NCBI GenBank assembly: GCA_965202585.1 | Contig: OZ241833.1 | Span: 45,074,001-45,138,000 of the forward strand | DNA length: 64,000 bases | DNA from: Thalia democratica | Taxonomy: Eukaryota | Reading direction: 5' to 3' | Part shown: one piece after another, positions 49,052 through 62,454 of the stretch | Layout of the letters: every line of letters starts with the position of its first letter | Position numbering within the stretch: the first letter of the stretch is position 1 | Position numbers and translations under genes: made by a program | The notes under the pieces: model-generated | Database searches by the model: none | The model's input: only the letters and a program-made list of their open reading frames with translations | Told to the model about the DNA's origin: nothing

Positions 49052-49706
49052 ACTAGTTAAAGTACCAGTTAAAAGTTTTGAAAATGTCTCAAGCAGATGT
49101 GCAAATGTTGTTCAACAAGATAGCAGGAAGAATCAGAAAGCAGGTGAAGCAAACCAACTGATGATCGGTGAAGATCCATCCAACAAGGATGTTGTTCGAA
49201 CTGTAAATGAAGCTAACCAGGATCAAAATGAGAGCAACCAGAATCGAAAAGGGAGCAACCAGAACCAAAATGGGGACAACCAGAATCAAAATGAGGACAA
49301 CCAGAGTTTAAACTGGGACAACCAGAATCAAAATGATGACAACCAGTATCAAAATGAAGCTAACCAGGATCAAAATGAGAGCAACCAGAATCGAAAAGGG
49401 ATCAACCAGAACCAAAATGGGGACAACCTGAATCAAAATGAGGACAACCAGAGTCCAAACTGGGACAATCAGAATCAAAATGATGACAACCAGTATCAAA
49501 ATGAAGCGAACCAGAGTCAAAATGGGGAAAACGAGCCAAGTCTGCCTAGTCGCATCGGTCAGTTTATCAGGGATGCTTGGGAAAGACTCTTCAGTTGCAA
49601 AAAACCTCCCAATAAAAAACCTACAGAACCAATGACAAGTAATCTTCCTACTAAACTTCAATCTGAAGAAGAATTTGAGAAAGTACTCGATAAACTAAAC
49701 TTGTAA
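49052..49706 (+). CDS. Array copy 1: Q/N-repeat protein with RLFSCK motif (exon; start upstream or uncertain)
   Basis: ORF 49020..49706; acceptor TATACAG at 49051; 21-bp NQxQNxx repeats; SRIGQFIRDAWERLFSCKKP. Confidence 0.7.
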
Positions 49707-50616
49707 AATCATTCCTACACAATATGAACCTCGACGTTTTGGACTAATGCGTAATAGAGATTCCTTCTTTCATCATCCTGCCTTATGTTTTCCGTGTTGT
49801 TAGCTATTATAGCGTGTAAGTTTTACTGTCTATTACTATTATATGTGAAAGCTTGTGTGTATACTATTTTCTGATTTCAACTGGTATAACTTTATTTTTA
49901 AATGATATAACTCCTTTGTTTAATAAGTTTACTTTAAACTTTCCATTTATATAAGTTTTAGTTGTTCTTTTCTTTTTTTTTTATAAATTTACAGTTAGTT
50001 TCGTAGTAATAAAACAGCTTTATAACTTTACAAATAGGACTTTTTTTCTAAAGATTCTAAAGACACTTTTCTAATTAAAAGTTTACCATACTAAGTTGCA
50101 AAAAAAAAAAAAATGTTCAATTCTTGTTATAAATAGTTAGTTGATATATCGGCTTTTAGAAAACTTATTTAACAAGTATATGTGTTATCGTAATATAAAA
50201 CTGTTATAGTTAAAAGATAAACATTTTATTGTAATATCATGTTTGCATTATATCTTACAAGAGTTTAATTTTTAAAAACCTTTGCTTGTTTTTGTTTCTC
50301 TGCAAATTATTTGAAATCTAACACAAAAATGAATAACTTTTTAGACAATAAAATGTTGCTAAATTACTAAGCACGAAATAGTTTTCTATAAACAAACAAA
50401 ATAAGATTGTATTAAAAAAAAAAAATTGTATTATGAAGTCTATTACAATATTGAAAAGTCTTAATTATACCTACTAGGAAAAACACACAATATTAGTTAA
50501 TGTGAATTTGCTTACTTTTGTACATGTATGTTAAATGCAAAGTGGCTTTTACCTAAATAAAATCTGGTTACTAAGCATTTCAGGATAGTATATAACACAA
50601 TTTTATTTACATACAG

Positions 50617-51259
50617 GTTGATAAAAGTATCCAAAAAAGTTTCAAAATGTGTGAAGCAGATTGTTCAACAAGATAGCAGGAAGAATCAGGAACCAGGTGA
50701 AGCAAACCAACTGATTATCGGTGAAGATCCATCCGACAAGGATGTTGTTCAAACTGTGAATGGGGACAACCAGGATCAAAATGGGGCGAACCAGAATCAA
50801 AATGAGGGCAACCAGAAACAAAACGGAGTCAACCAGAATCAAAATTGTGACAACCTGAATCAAAATAAACCCAACCAAAATAAAAACGAAGACAATGTAA
50901 ATCAAAATCAGTTCATCAGACCTACTTTGAAAAGAATCTTATGTTGCAAAAAGCCCACCGATGAAGTGCCCAAAATTGAAGATCAAGATCCTAACAGGTG
51001 TTATCTCAATGAGCCTGCTGGCATTCAACCTGTTGATTGTTCAACTCTCTGATTGAAGAATCAAAGTGAAGCCGATCAGAATCAAAATGATGAAACAGAG
51101 CCAAGTCTGTCAGATCGAATCAGTCGATTCATCAGATCTGATTGGAACAGGATCTTCTGTTGCAAAATACCTACTTACGAAAATCCTTTCGGTATAAGTT
51201 CTGATGACGAGAAGGCTTGCCTCGATACCGTTTCAAAAAAAAAAAACGTTTTGGAATAA
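50617..51259 (+). pseudogene. Array copy 2: two CC-motif modules in one frame separated by a single TGA
   Basis: ORFs 50618..51052 and 51053..51259 are in the same frame; motifs KRILCCKKP and NRIFCCKIP. Confidence 0.6.
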
Positions 51260-54200
51260 ATCATACACACACAATTAAGACCTCGAAGTTTTGGATTTAT
51301 GCGGAACTAGAATTTATGCACTTATTTTCTAGTTTTTTATTTGCAGTGATGTTAGCTTTTTTAGCGAGTAAGTTTTATTGTAATTTTTTTTATATACAGT
51401 GATAGGAGGTTTAGCATTTATAAGAAAAAAGTGTTTATTAAGTTATTTTTAAACTTTATATTTTCATTAGTTTTAGTTGACACACTTGTTTTAGTTTATA
51501 AATAACATTTAGTTTCTTAGCAATGAAATAGCTACTTTTTTTTAAGATTGTTAAATTGACTTTTTTTATTCTTAGTAATATTGTTTAACAAATTATGATA
51601 AAGAATAGTTAAACAAAATTTAGTGCTTAAGGATAGATGATAAATTATTATTAATTTTTTGATATATCTACTAAGCAAGATTTTAAGTTTGGTCAATACT
51701 AAAGTACAATTTTCGAGATTTACTTTTTACAGTATACATTTTCATAGTAAAAAATTTTTCTATATCAAATATGTTAACATTGCAGTTTGCAACTTTCAAC
51801 TCATCATCCAAGTTCCAAGTTATGCATAAAGGGTTGATTTAGTTTAAATTAAACATTGGTTAGGTTATATAAGCTGCTCGACTTTTTATTATAAATATGC
51901 TGTTTTACCATTACTTTCTTCGTTCTGCTGTTTCAAGTACTTTTAGATTTTCAAAAAATCAATGCTATATTTACTTGAAAACCTAGTTTTAAGAATTAAG
52001 TTAAAAACGGCTAGTAGACATCAACAAATATAAGTACAAATCAAACAAAACTTTAACAGTTATCATGTGATTTTAAACTCTTGAATAACTAATCTGAAGA
52101 CTTATGAATCAGAATGGAATAAATTTTAGTTATTTATCTTGTACTAAAGTCGTATATCTTAATGGACAACAAGTAATGATAATTAAAGTTAAAATCAGAA
52201 GATTATGTTTAAAAAAAAAAATTAGAGGTTAACATACACTACTTAAAAAACATCTTTTTAAATAAATCAAGCTTAAATTTTCATAAAAATTTATTATCAA
52301 TAAAAAATATTTTTTTAAGTAAAAGTGAATACGCAATTGTAGTAGTTCTTAGAAGACGATAAATGATAAACGCTCAAATTTCTGTCAAAAGATTTATTGT
52401 ATAGGTATGCAATTTACTACATATGTGCTATAAGTTCTAATTAGTTAGTGTTATCTTTAACTTTTTGTTTTTTCTGTATAATAAAATAATATACTTTTAT
52501 TTTTGATAATGTTAACATTATCTTAACTCAAATAAAGTTGAAGAACTTAAAAGCTCATAGTTTTTATTTTACTCTATAACTACCGAATTTGATTGTAATA
52601 TAATATCTTACTATTTTAAATTGAAACTCGATATCAATATTTTGTTTCTCAAAAAGTTATTTAAATATAAATTGTTATTATAATGAAAAACTTAGTAAAT
52701 ATTTGTTTTATTCAAATTGGATGTACGTATAATAAACAACTAGCTATTTTACTGTTTTTAGAAATCTTGAAGTAAAAGAAAAACAATTTACAAAACTTTA
52801 TATGTTTTGTTAGAAAACTTGTGAAAATTTTATTATTATTTTTTTCATTATTAAAAAAAAACTTGGTTACAGTTAATTTAATAAAATTTACAATTTTTTT
52901 TAATTAAAAAAAGTACTTTAAAGCATTAGTATTAAAATTTGTGGCAATTATTAAATTTTTGAGAAAATTAATTTCACTAAGATGAATTAACGATAATATC
53001 TAAACCTTATTTAAATTAGCTTTTTTATAATAGTCTGGACATAATTATTTTTTAAAATCTTAAATTAATGTACCAAAATACACATGTTCGATATCTATTT
53101 AAGTTTGTAATATTAAATAGAGTAAAAAACTAATATAGTTTTAAAAAGTCTCTTCTACTAACATTTTAATTTTAAAATTACTGATATTCCTTTTGAAATT
53201 CAACTTTAGTTTATTACAAAAAATATACCGACCAATAAACGAAAAAATAATGACTTTGTGCAAATAAATGAATGTCAAATTTTTTGAAAAGCAAACTAAA
53301 ATAAGAGATTTGTGAAGCTAATTATTGAATTTAATCATACTAAAAAGTTAATATATAAAATACTTTCATAATTTTAACTCCTGCTCAAGGAGTTATTTCA
53401 TATAAAGAATTTTCATAGACCAAGTATCTAACGGGTAAAAGTTGATAAATTTAGTTAATCCCAGTAATAGAAAAAAAAACTTTTAATTTATTAAAAAAGT
53501 ATTCACCTATCAAATTTAGTTAATAAACCTTTTTATCTATTTTTATATGTATACTTTTTACATTGTTCTATGAATATAATTCTTATAATAAGTTTGACTA
53601 ATTTTTTAAACAATTAGATTTTATTCAATTTGATAGCAGATAACTTTAGTTGAAACTGCCCAAATGAAAATTTTGTAGCTGTTTTATCTATTTAAATTTA
53701 AAATCTGTTCTATAAGTAGTAGTACTAAATTAACTCTTTTTCCCTGGTTCAATCTTTGTTTTAAAACAGATTGAGACTTAAAGAATTTATACAACTTTTA
53801 AAGTTTTAGAACTTTTATTTAAACTGAATACACTGTGTTGAAGAAGTTTCTCAATAGTTGAATATAGTCCTTATAACAAAGTCTACAATTATAGTTTCCT
53901 ATTAAAGAACATAAAATAGTTAAATTGTAAGAGATAACTAGTTTAGCAGTATTTGCAACAATTTTTTGCTGTAGTTTCTAATTTGAATTATTAAGAAGTA
54001 TGTAACTTTGCAATAACGTAGAAACTATTGAACATGAGTAAGAGAAAGCTTTGCTTATTTAAATTTAGCTGTAACTAAATTTACAAAATTAGTAAATTTT
54101 TATTACAAGTCTTAAGTATACCTACTAAGATAAAAGGAAACCATACATGAAGATTTCAAAGTTTTTTTAGTAGTGTTTTCATCTTTAATGCATGTATGTT

Positions 54201-54297
54201 GAATAACAAGTGACTTTTACCTAACTGATATCTGGCAACTAAGCACATATGAAATTGTATACTACTTGCTCAGAAATATATTTTCATTAGTATACAG

Positions 54298-54757
54298 ATT
54301 GATTAAAGTACCTATAAAAGTTTTGAAAATGTCTGAATCAGATTGTGCAAAAGCTTTTCAAGGAGATAGAATGAGTGAAAAGGTAAACGAAGTAAACCGG
54401 CCTGAAACTGAAGCAGTTCAGCCTCTAAAAAATGACAATAAGAACCAAAATGAAGACAGCTACAATCAAAATGATGACACTCAGCCAAATTTATCAAATC
54501 GTTTCAGTAGATATATCAGATCTGTTTGGAAAAGACTTTTCTCTTGCAAAACACCTACAAAGGGTAATCTTCCTTCTGAAACTCAATCTCAATCTCAATC
54601 TGAAGCTGATGCTAAAGAAGAAGATGATTGTGACGTATGTTCTCTTTATTTGCCCGCCCCAAACCATTATTTACCTGATAAAAAGCCATGTTCAAAGAGA
54701 ACTTTCGTTAAACAGAATCCTTTAGAGGGACCAATAAATGATGCACATACAATTTAA
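54298..54757 (+). CDS. Array copy 3: RLFSCK-motif protein (142 aa from ATG 54329)
   Basis: Acceptor at 54297, open frame, MSESDCAK...NRFSRYIRSVWKRLFSCKTP. Confidence 0.7.
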
Positions 54758-56719
54758 AATCACGCCTTGAAGTTTTGCATTTGTACGGAATTTAATTTTT
54801 TATCCTTTGTCTTTTTGTTTATTTGCAGTGTTGTTAGCTATTATAGTGAGATAATTTATATTAACATTATCGTGATATGTGGAAGCTGGTGTGTTTTTGT
54901 GAATTATAAGTGGTATAACTTTTTTTTATATGGTAAATTAATCTTCTCAAAAACGATTATAAATTACTTTCGAATTTTCCATTGTAAAAAGTTTTTAGTT
55001 TTACTTTAATTTTAGTTGTTTGCATAATTTTACAGACAGTTTGTAGAAATAAAACAGCTTTATAATTTAGCATTCATGACTTTTTTTATACAACTCTATT
55101 GATAAAAAAAATGTTTATAAATAAATAAAAATATTATTTTTTTTGTATTTCTACTGAGTATGATTTGATTATTAGCGAAATTTTTTAGCTTACCTTTTAC
55201 ATTGTATGTGTGGTTAAGTAACAATTTATCGTTTAAGAATACGTAAACCTTTTAGCTTATAGATAAAGAATATAACTTTTGTTATAATTATCATTCAATA
55301 GTTTATAAAATGTTGCATAATTTTCTCAAAGAGTTTAAAAAATATGTATATTTACATTAAAAAGTTATGTATTACACTTTTACAGAAAGTATACACTAAG
55401 AAATATTTTATAATTGTTACTACTACGAAAAGAAATCAAAACTTTGTTAAGTAAACTTTTTGAAATAAGGCAAATTTTCTAGCTATTTTTAATAACAGTT
55501 TTAAAAATTATTTACTTTATAAGACATAAAATTTATTAATATCATAATATTAAATATGTTTACATTGCAGTAATAACCTTCAATCCAACATCAAGTTTCA
55601 AATTATGCTTAAAAGATTGAATTAGTTGAAATTATATATTGTTCAGTTAAAGTTATGATAGCTGCTTGTATTTTTCTGTTATAAAAATGTTTTTTTATCG
55701 TTGTTTGTTATTTTTTCAGCTGTTTAATGCAAAATGCACTTTATCAATTTCAATTATTTAATGTCAGTTTTACTTAGAAGATCTAGTTTGTGTATTTAAG
55801 TTAAAAAAAAGCTTGTAGACTTTAATCAATTTTATGTCAGAAATATTAGAAATATGTCCACAAGCCTTTTTTAACTAAAATTGTAAAATTAAATTTATTA
55901 AATAAAACTTAACTGGCATTAATTAATTGAACACTTAACAGCTGAACAAAGGACAAATAACGATAAAAAAACATTTTTACAGCAGAAAATTTAAACTAAA
56001 AAAACATTAATTTAAAATAGTTTATTGCTTAGAGCTTAATTTTATGCATAAATAAATAAAACTTTTAGTAAAATCCAAAGAAAACTTTTTCATTTATCAT
56101 TTTATTTTAAAGTCTTGATTAATTAATCTGCAGACTAATAAATCTGAGTTGCATAAACTTAAGTTATCTTTATTGTACTAAAGTGGTAAAGCTTAATGTA
56201 TAATAAGTAATGATGACTGAAGTTTATACCAGACGAAATTTTCCTATTTACATTACTATTTTATTCTAAAAATTATGAAAAAAAATTTAAGGTTTATAAA
56301 TTATGTAATGTACTGTTTCATCTTTACAAATAAATCAAATTAAAACTTTTTAGAAAGATTTATGATTGATACAAATGATGCATTCCACCAGTAAAGGTGA
56401 GTACGGTAATTGTAGTAGTTTATTGAAGACAAAAAATAAACGCTTAAAAACTTTAGTCACAGGATTTAGTGTATAGGTATGCAATTAATTACAAATGTGC
56501 AGTTAGGTTTAGTTAGTTTTATAGTTAAATTTTGTTTTACTGCATAATAAAAAGGTAAACTATTATTTTCGATAATGTTTTGATATTTTAACTTAAATAA
56601 ATTTGAAGAACCTAAATGATCATAGTTTTTCTTTCTTTTTAAACTACCAAATTTAATTGTAATAAAATACTTTACGTTGTATTCTAATAAACTTTTTAAA
56701 CTCGATATCAAAAAATTTT

Positions 56720-59700
56720 CAAATTATTCAAATATATTGAATAAGATTCAAATATATTGAATAAGAAAGAAAATTCTGTCGTAAAAATTTTGAATAAGAA
56801 TATTGAATAAGAAAGAAAGAGAAAGACCTTACGTTAAGATATTCAAAATCAATAAAATAAAGAGAGCAGCAAAGCAATTTTAAAATCTTGATGGTCACAA
56901 TAAGATGATCACAAAGATGACACAGAAGATCACAAAGATGACACAGAAGATCCCTGAAGAACTTTCATGATCTCCCCTTGGGGTTAGAGCTGATTTAGCA
57001 TCAGCTCTGTAAAACCTTTGCCGACCACTACTGCCTTGTGGTTGCTTTTGGCTAAGCAAAGGCTTCGGGAGTAAACCCTGAGGAAAAATCAGACATGGTA
57101 AAGTCTTAAACACGGGGGTAGAGGAAACCCCGAAGAACTGTACTTCTATTCCTCTAGGAGATGCAAAACTCTGATCAAAAAGCCGTAGTCGGAGCCACGT
57201 AGGCGGTCTGACTTTGTATTCAATGTCATTCCGGCAGCTCCTGCGACAATGATGAATCTTGGCTGTATCAGCTTTGCTGTTTCGCTGAGCTCTTCTCACT
57301 GTGGAGAGTGAGATCCTGCTGCATGGGCAACAGCTGGAATCTCAATGTTATGCCCTGGATTTGTGCTTGGAGAGGTTTACTCCAGCTTCGCAGGTTTTTC
57401 ACGAAGACACAACACGGAATACGGCAGTTACCGGTGATAAGCCTAATCCTGTTTGGCGAAAGGATGGGCGCCAGGGGTCGTATTCGTCAGTAGGAGGAAT
57501 TTTTTAGTTCCATTGAACAACCACCGCCTGCCTTAAGCTGAGCAGCCCTCAGCCAATAAGGTGTTGTTTCGCCACAGTTTACCTTCCTAATTGGGTGAGT
57601 GGGGATAGAGACCCACTCTTAAACTGGGAAGCTGGAACGTTCGTACCATGACTACTGGTATGGACCCCGAAAACATAAATGATGCAAAAAAACTGCTATT
57701 ATAAATAACGAACTTATTCGTCTTAAAATTGATATTGCAGCTCTTCAAGAAACGCGCCTTGCTGGTCAAGGCTCAATTAAAGAAAAAAAAAACTCTTCTG
57801 GTTTGGTAAGTCTGTTGAAGAACGTAAAGAATATGGTGTTGCTTTTGCTGTCAAGAATACACTCTTACAACATGTAGAAGTCGGTGACGGAAACGAACGT
57901 ATTGCTACTCTACGTTTACACACCAAAAAAGGAACAGCAACCCTTATTAGTTTATATGCGCATACGCTATACACTGACGAGCAAATTAAAGATACTTTTT
58001 ATGAAAAGTTAAATCTTGTAGTGAATAAATTGCCAAAAAACGACCAACTTGTTATTCTGGGTGATTTTAATGCAAGAGTTGGATCTGATCACGACTCCTG
58101 GGCTCCCTGTCTAGGACATTTTGGTTTTGGAAGAATAAATTCTAATGGTCAACGCCTTTTAGAGTTTTGTCATAAACAGAACCTCTGTGTTACCAATTCA
58201 TTTTTTAAAACTAAATGGCAGCATAAAGTATCTTGGAGACATCTCCGTTCTAAAACCTGGCACCAATTAGACCTTATCTTAGTGAGACGCCATCGTATTA
58301 ACGATGTTCTGTTAACTAGATCATATCAAAGCGAAGACTGCAACAGCGATCATTCTTTGGTCTGCTGTAAAATGCATATCTCAAAAAAGTTCATGCACAA
58401 TTCAAACAATTTAGCTCGTAAAGTTCGACTAAATGTAGGTGCAATGCGGGACAAGGAAAAAATCAAAAAGTTCTCAACTCTGATGCCATCTGTCTCTTCG
58501 TCGGACACATCTGCTTCTGAGTCTTGGTCTAGGATCGAAAAAAGTATATATCAGAAAGCCTTTGAAACTTTTGGAAAGAACAAACATGCCAACAAAAACT
58601 GGTTCGAAGAAAATATCAATATTTTATCTCCTCTTTTAAAGAAAAAGCGACAGGCTCATGTTGATTATCAACGTGACCCAAGTAACACGTGTCTTAATAG
58701 ACTTCGTGAAGCCAGAAAAACTTTTCGGAGGGCAGCTAGAAAATGTGCTACTGAGTTTTGGTTAAAGGCTAGTGCCCGTATTCAGGCTGCTGCTGACAGA
58801 GGAGATACCAAATCAGTCTACGAAGGAATAAGAAAAGCAGTTGGACCAACAAAGAGGTCAATATGACCTTTGTTATCTGAGACTGGTGAAATCTTACACA
58901 GTAGGAATGAACAGTTGAGTAGATGGGTTCAACACTTTTCCCTTCTGTATTCTACACAGAATATTGTTACTAATGATGCCCTTAACAGAATGGATAGTCT
59001 ACCAATGATGAATGACCTGGATAGCGTACCAACTACTGAAGAACTCAGTAAAGCCATTGATATGATGGCTCCGTGGAAAGCTTTAGGTAGTGACGGCATA
59101 CCAGCGGACTTGGTCCGCAATTGTAAGTCATGCTTGTTACCTCATTTACATGATATTTTAGCCAAATGTTGGAGAGAAGGTATAGTGCCACAAGACATGA
59201 GTGATGCTAAGATCATAGTCTTATATAAAAACAAGGGTTCCAGATCGGACTGCAATAGTTACAGGGGAATTTCTCTTCTTGCGATTGCTGGTAAAGTTTT
59301 TGCAAGAGTGGTTCTTCCTCGTATTCAGAAGCTGGCTGAAAGAGTATATCCTGAGTCTCAATGTGGATTTAGGTCTAAAAGATCTACCACCGACATGATT
59401 TTTTCTGTACGTCAGTTACAAGAGAAATGTAATGAGCAGAACATGCCTTTGTACATCGCTTTCATTGACCTCACTAAAGCCTTTGACTTGGTAAGTAGAA
59501 AAGGACTATATGCTATACTGCTGAAAATTTGATGTCCTCCAAAATTATTCAATATTGTGAAGTCTTTTCATACAAACACATGGGCAACCATTCAATATGA
59601 TGGTAGTGTATCTGATTCATTTGAAATCAAAAGTGGGGTAAAGCAAGGCTGCGTACTTATTCCAACTTTGTTTGGAATCTTCTTTTCGATGCTATTAAAG

Positions 59701-60770
59701 CATGCTTTTAATTCATTTACTACTGGAATAAAGCTTCATACAAGAACTGACGGACACCTTTTCAACCCTTCAAATCTAAGAGCTAAGCGAAATCTGAAGA
59801 AAGTCACCATACGTGATCTTTTATTTGCTGACGATGCTGCACTCGTGGCTCACTCTGCCCAAGACCTGCAGACACTGCTGAATCAGTTTTCTTCGGCATG
59901 CTCGGATTTCGGCCTTACTATAAGCCTTAAGAAGACTAAAATTCTAAGTCAAGGAACAAATATTTTACCATCAATCAAGATCAATTGTAAGGATATCGAG
60001 AATGTAGATAACTTTGTATACCTTGGCTCAAATGTTGCGTCAAACGCATCATTGGACAAAGAAATAAATAGTCGCATTGGCAAAGCATCAGGCACTTTCG
60101 CTAGCTTGACTGCAAGAGTTTGGGATAACCAAAAGCTAAGCATTCGAACAAAGGCTAACGTTTACCGTTCCTGTGTCTGCAGTACTCTGCTTTACGGTAG
60201 CGAGACATGGACATTACCTAGCGTACAGGAGAAGAAAATCAATACCTTCCACCTACGATGCCTTCGTCGCATCCTTGGAATTACAAGGCAGCAAAAGATC
60301 ACCAATGAGGAAGTATTGAGACGTACTGGTCTTACCACTATGTACTTTACCCTCAGTCAGCGCAGGCTTCGCTGGCTCGGTCATATCCTGAGAATGAATA
60401 CTGAGCGGATCCCAAAGTTTCTATTGTATGGCGAGTTGGTCGTTGGCAAACGAAACCGAGGACGTCAAAAATTACGTTTTAAGGATGCAAGCGCGACCTA
60501 AAAAGCTTGAACATTGGAACTGATGATTGGGAGTTGCTTGCAAATGACCGTGCCAAATGGAGACCAACTATACACAAAAGACTGCAAGAAAGCGAAAAGG
60601 AATATTTTAGAAAAACGAAGAAGAAGATGAAGAAATAAGAAGAATGAATTTAATTGTTTTTTTTGTGTTTGTGTTTTGTTTATTGCATCACTTTGTATGT
60701 TTTTTTTTCCTCTGTGCACAACACGCATAGCCGATCTCGGCTGATAGCGGGCCTTATTATTATTATTATT
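56720..60770 (+). mobile_element. Apparently full-length, disabled RTE-clade LINE
   Basis: APE plus RT remnants; 3' (TTA)n tail at ~60754-60770; 13-bp TSD ATCAAAAAATTTT (56707) / ATCAAATAATTTT (60771). The paralogous spacer near 52627 shows the empty site. Confidence 0.9.
57618..60638 (+). pseudogene. RTE endonuclease/reverse-transcriptase ORF, disrupted
   Basis: LGSWNVRT, LQETR, GDFNARVG, SDHSLV, YRGISLL, QCGFR, FIDLTKAFD, GVKQGC, LLFADD. Frameshifts near 57690, 57790 and 60487; TGA at 58864 and 59530. Confidence 0.92.
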
Positions 60771-62454
60771 ATCAAATAATTTTACTTCTAAAAAGATTTA
60801 AAAACAAAAATTTTCTTACAACTAAACACAAACATAACTAACCTAAACCAAAATTGAATAACTACTAGTTTTAATCAGATTTGAAGTAGGATATTAAATA
60901 ATAAACCGTATTCTGTTTTTATAAACCTTAAATTAATAGAAAGTAATTTAAAAATATTTTCATGTTGAAAAAAAAAGTGATAATGTTATGATTATTTTTC
61001 CCTGTAAAATAGAATTTTATTAAAAGTATTTGAGTGATGTTTGCATATTGCTATTTTAAAATAGAAAAAAAAAGTTCCAAGCATTATTATAAAAATCATT
61101 GCAATTGTAAAACGTTGAGAAAATTTATTAAAAAAATTATTTAATAACGATAATAACTAAAACTTATTTGAAATATTTTTTTTTGTAATAGTTTTAACAT
61201 AGTAATTTTCTTTAACACATTAGACTTATGTACGAAGATACACATATTTGAGATCTATCATTATCTGTAATATTAAATAGAATAAAAAACTAGCATAGTT
61301 TTAAAAAGTATGAATTATTATCTTTTTCATTGTGAATAAAATTTATGTTATTAATATTCTTTTGAAATTCCGATTTAGTTTATTACAAAGAATATACGAA
61401 ACAACAAAAAGTTAATGATTTTACACAAGTTTATGAATGTCAAAATTTTTAAAAAGCAAATGTAGTAATAGATTAGTGAAATTGATGCAACTAGTTATTA
61501 ACTTTAATCATGCTAATAATACTATTAAATAAACAAAATAACAAACTAATTTCAACTCCTGTTTGAAGTGGTTAATTGATATAAAAAATTTTGTAAAACA
61601 AGTAACATAGGGTTGAAACCTGATAAATCAAGTGATTCTGACTTTTACATAAGGAATTTTTTAATTTGGTAAAAATTTATTTTTTAAATTTAGACAATAA
61701 TGCTTTTATTTAACTTTATATTTATACTTTCTATCTTATTCTATGTATATATCGCTTAAAATGAATTTGATAAACTTTTCATACAATAAATGAAACTAAA
61801 AGCAAAAAACTGTTCTGAAACAACCGAATTAAAATGTTTTAGGTGTTTTATAAAGTTAAACTCTGAATTTGTAAGACTGAAAAGTAACTTCATTTCTGAA
61901 GTTAATTTTTTTTTAACAAACTGAGACTTGCAGAATTTCTACAAGTTTTAAAATTTTAAGACATTTGTTTCAACTGTTTAAAAGAAAAGTTTCTAATATA
62001 TGAGTAAAGTCTATATTTCAAAGTTTACAATTATAGTTTTCACTTTAAAAATAAAAGAATAAATAAAAAGTAAAGAGCAACTAATTTATAGTATTTGCAA
62101 CTATTTTTTTGCTATAGTTTGTAATTTAAAATAATAAGTACTAAAACTTTTAAAAAACGTTTAAATAACCGATCAACATAAATAATAAAAACGTTTCTAA
62201 TTAAGCTTTTATTATAATAATTATCAAGTTTAGTATATTTTTACTACTAGTCTTAAATATACCAAAAAATAACAGAAAGGTAAATCACAGATAAAGACTT
62301 TTCTTTTACATAAGTTTTTTGGTCTTTAATACATGAATTTTGAAAACCAAGTGACTTTTAACTAACTGAAACCTAGCTACTAAGCACATAAGTATACTAT
62401 TTTTATACTTTTTATACTATTTGCTAAGAAATATGTTTCTTTTTTCATACAAAG

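Noticed and set aside
56890-57600. HDV-like ribozyme in the RTE 5' UTR
   Set aside because: Several hairpins are present (AGAGCTGAT/ATCAGCTCT, CGACCAC/GTGGTTG, CTA-TTCCTC-TAG), but I could not assemble P1, P1.1 and P2 of the nested double pseudoknot. A descriptor search would be needed.
4346-59532. TGA reassignment or systematic readthrough (in-frame TGAs at 4346, 51050, 58864, 59530, while the DPAGT1, UBE2L3, La-motif and array copy 1 and 3 ORFs end in TAA/TAG)
   Set aside because: The TGAs replace different residues (Arg in the repeat, Gly in RTE KIGCPP), Trp is encoded by TGG normally, and the LINE also has frameshifts. Independent nonsense mutations suffice.
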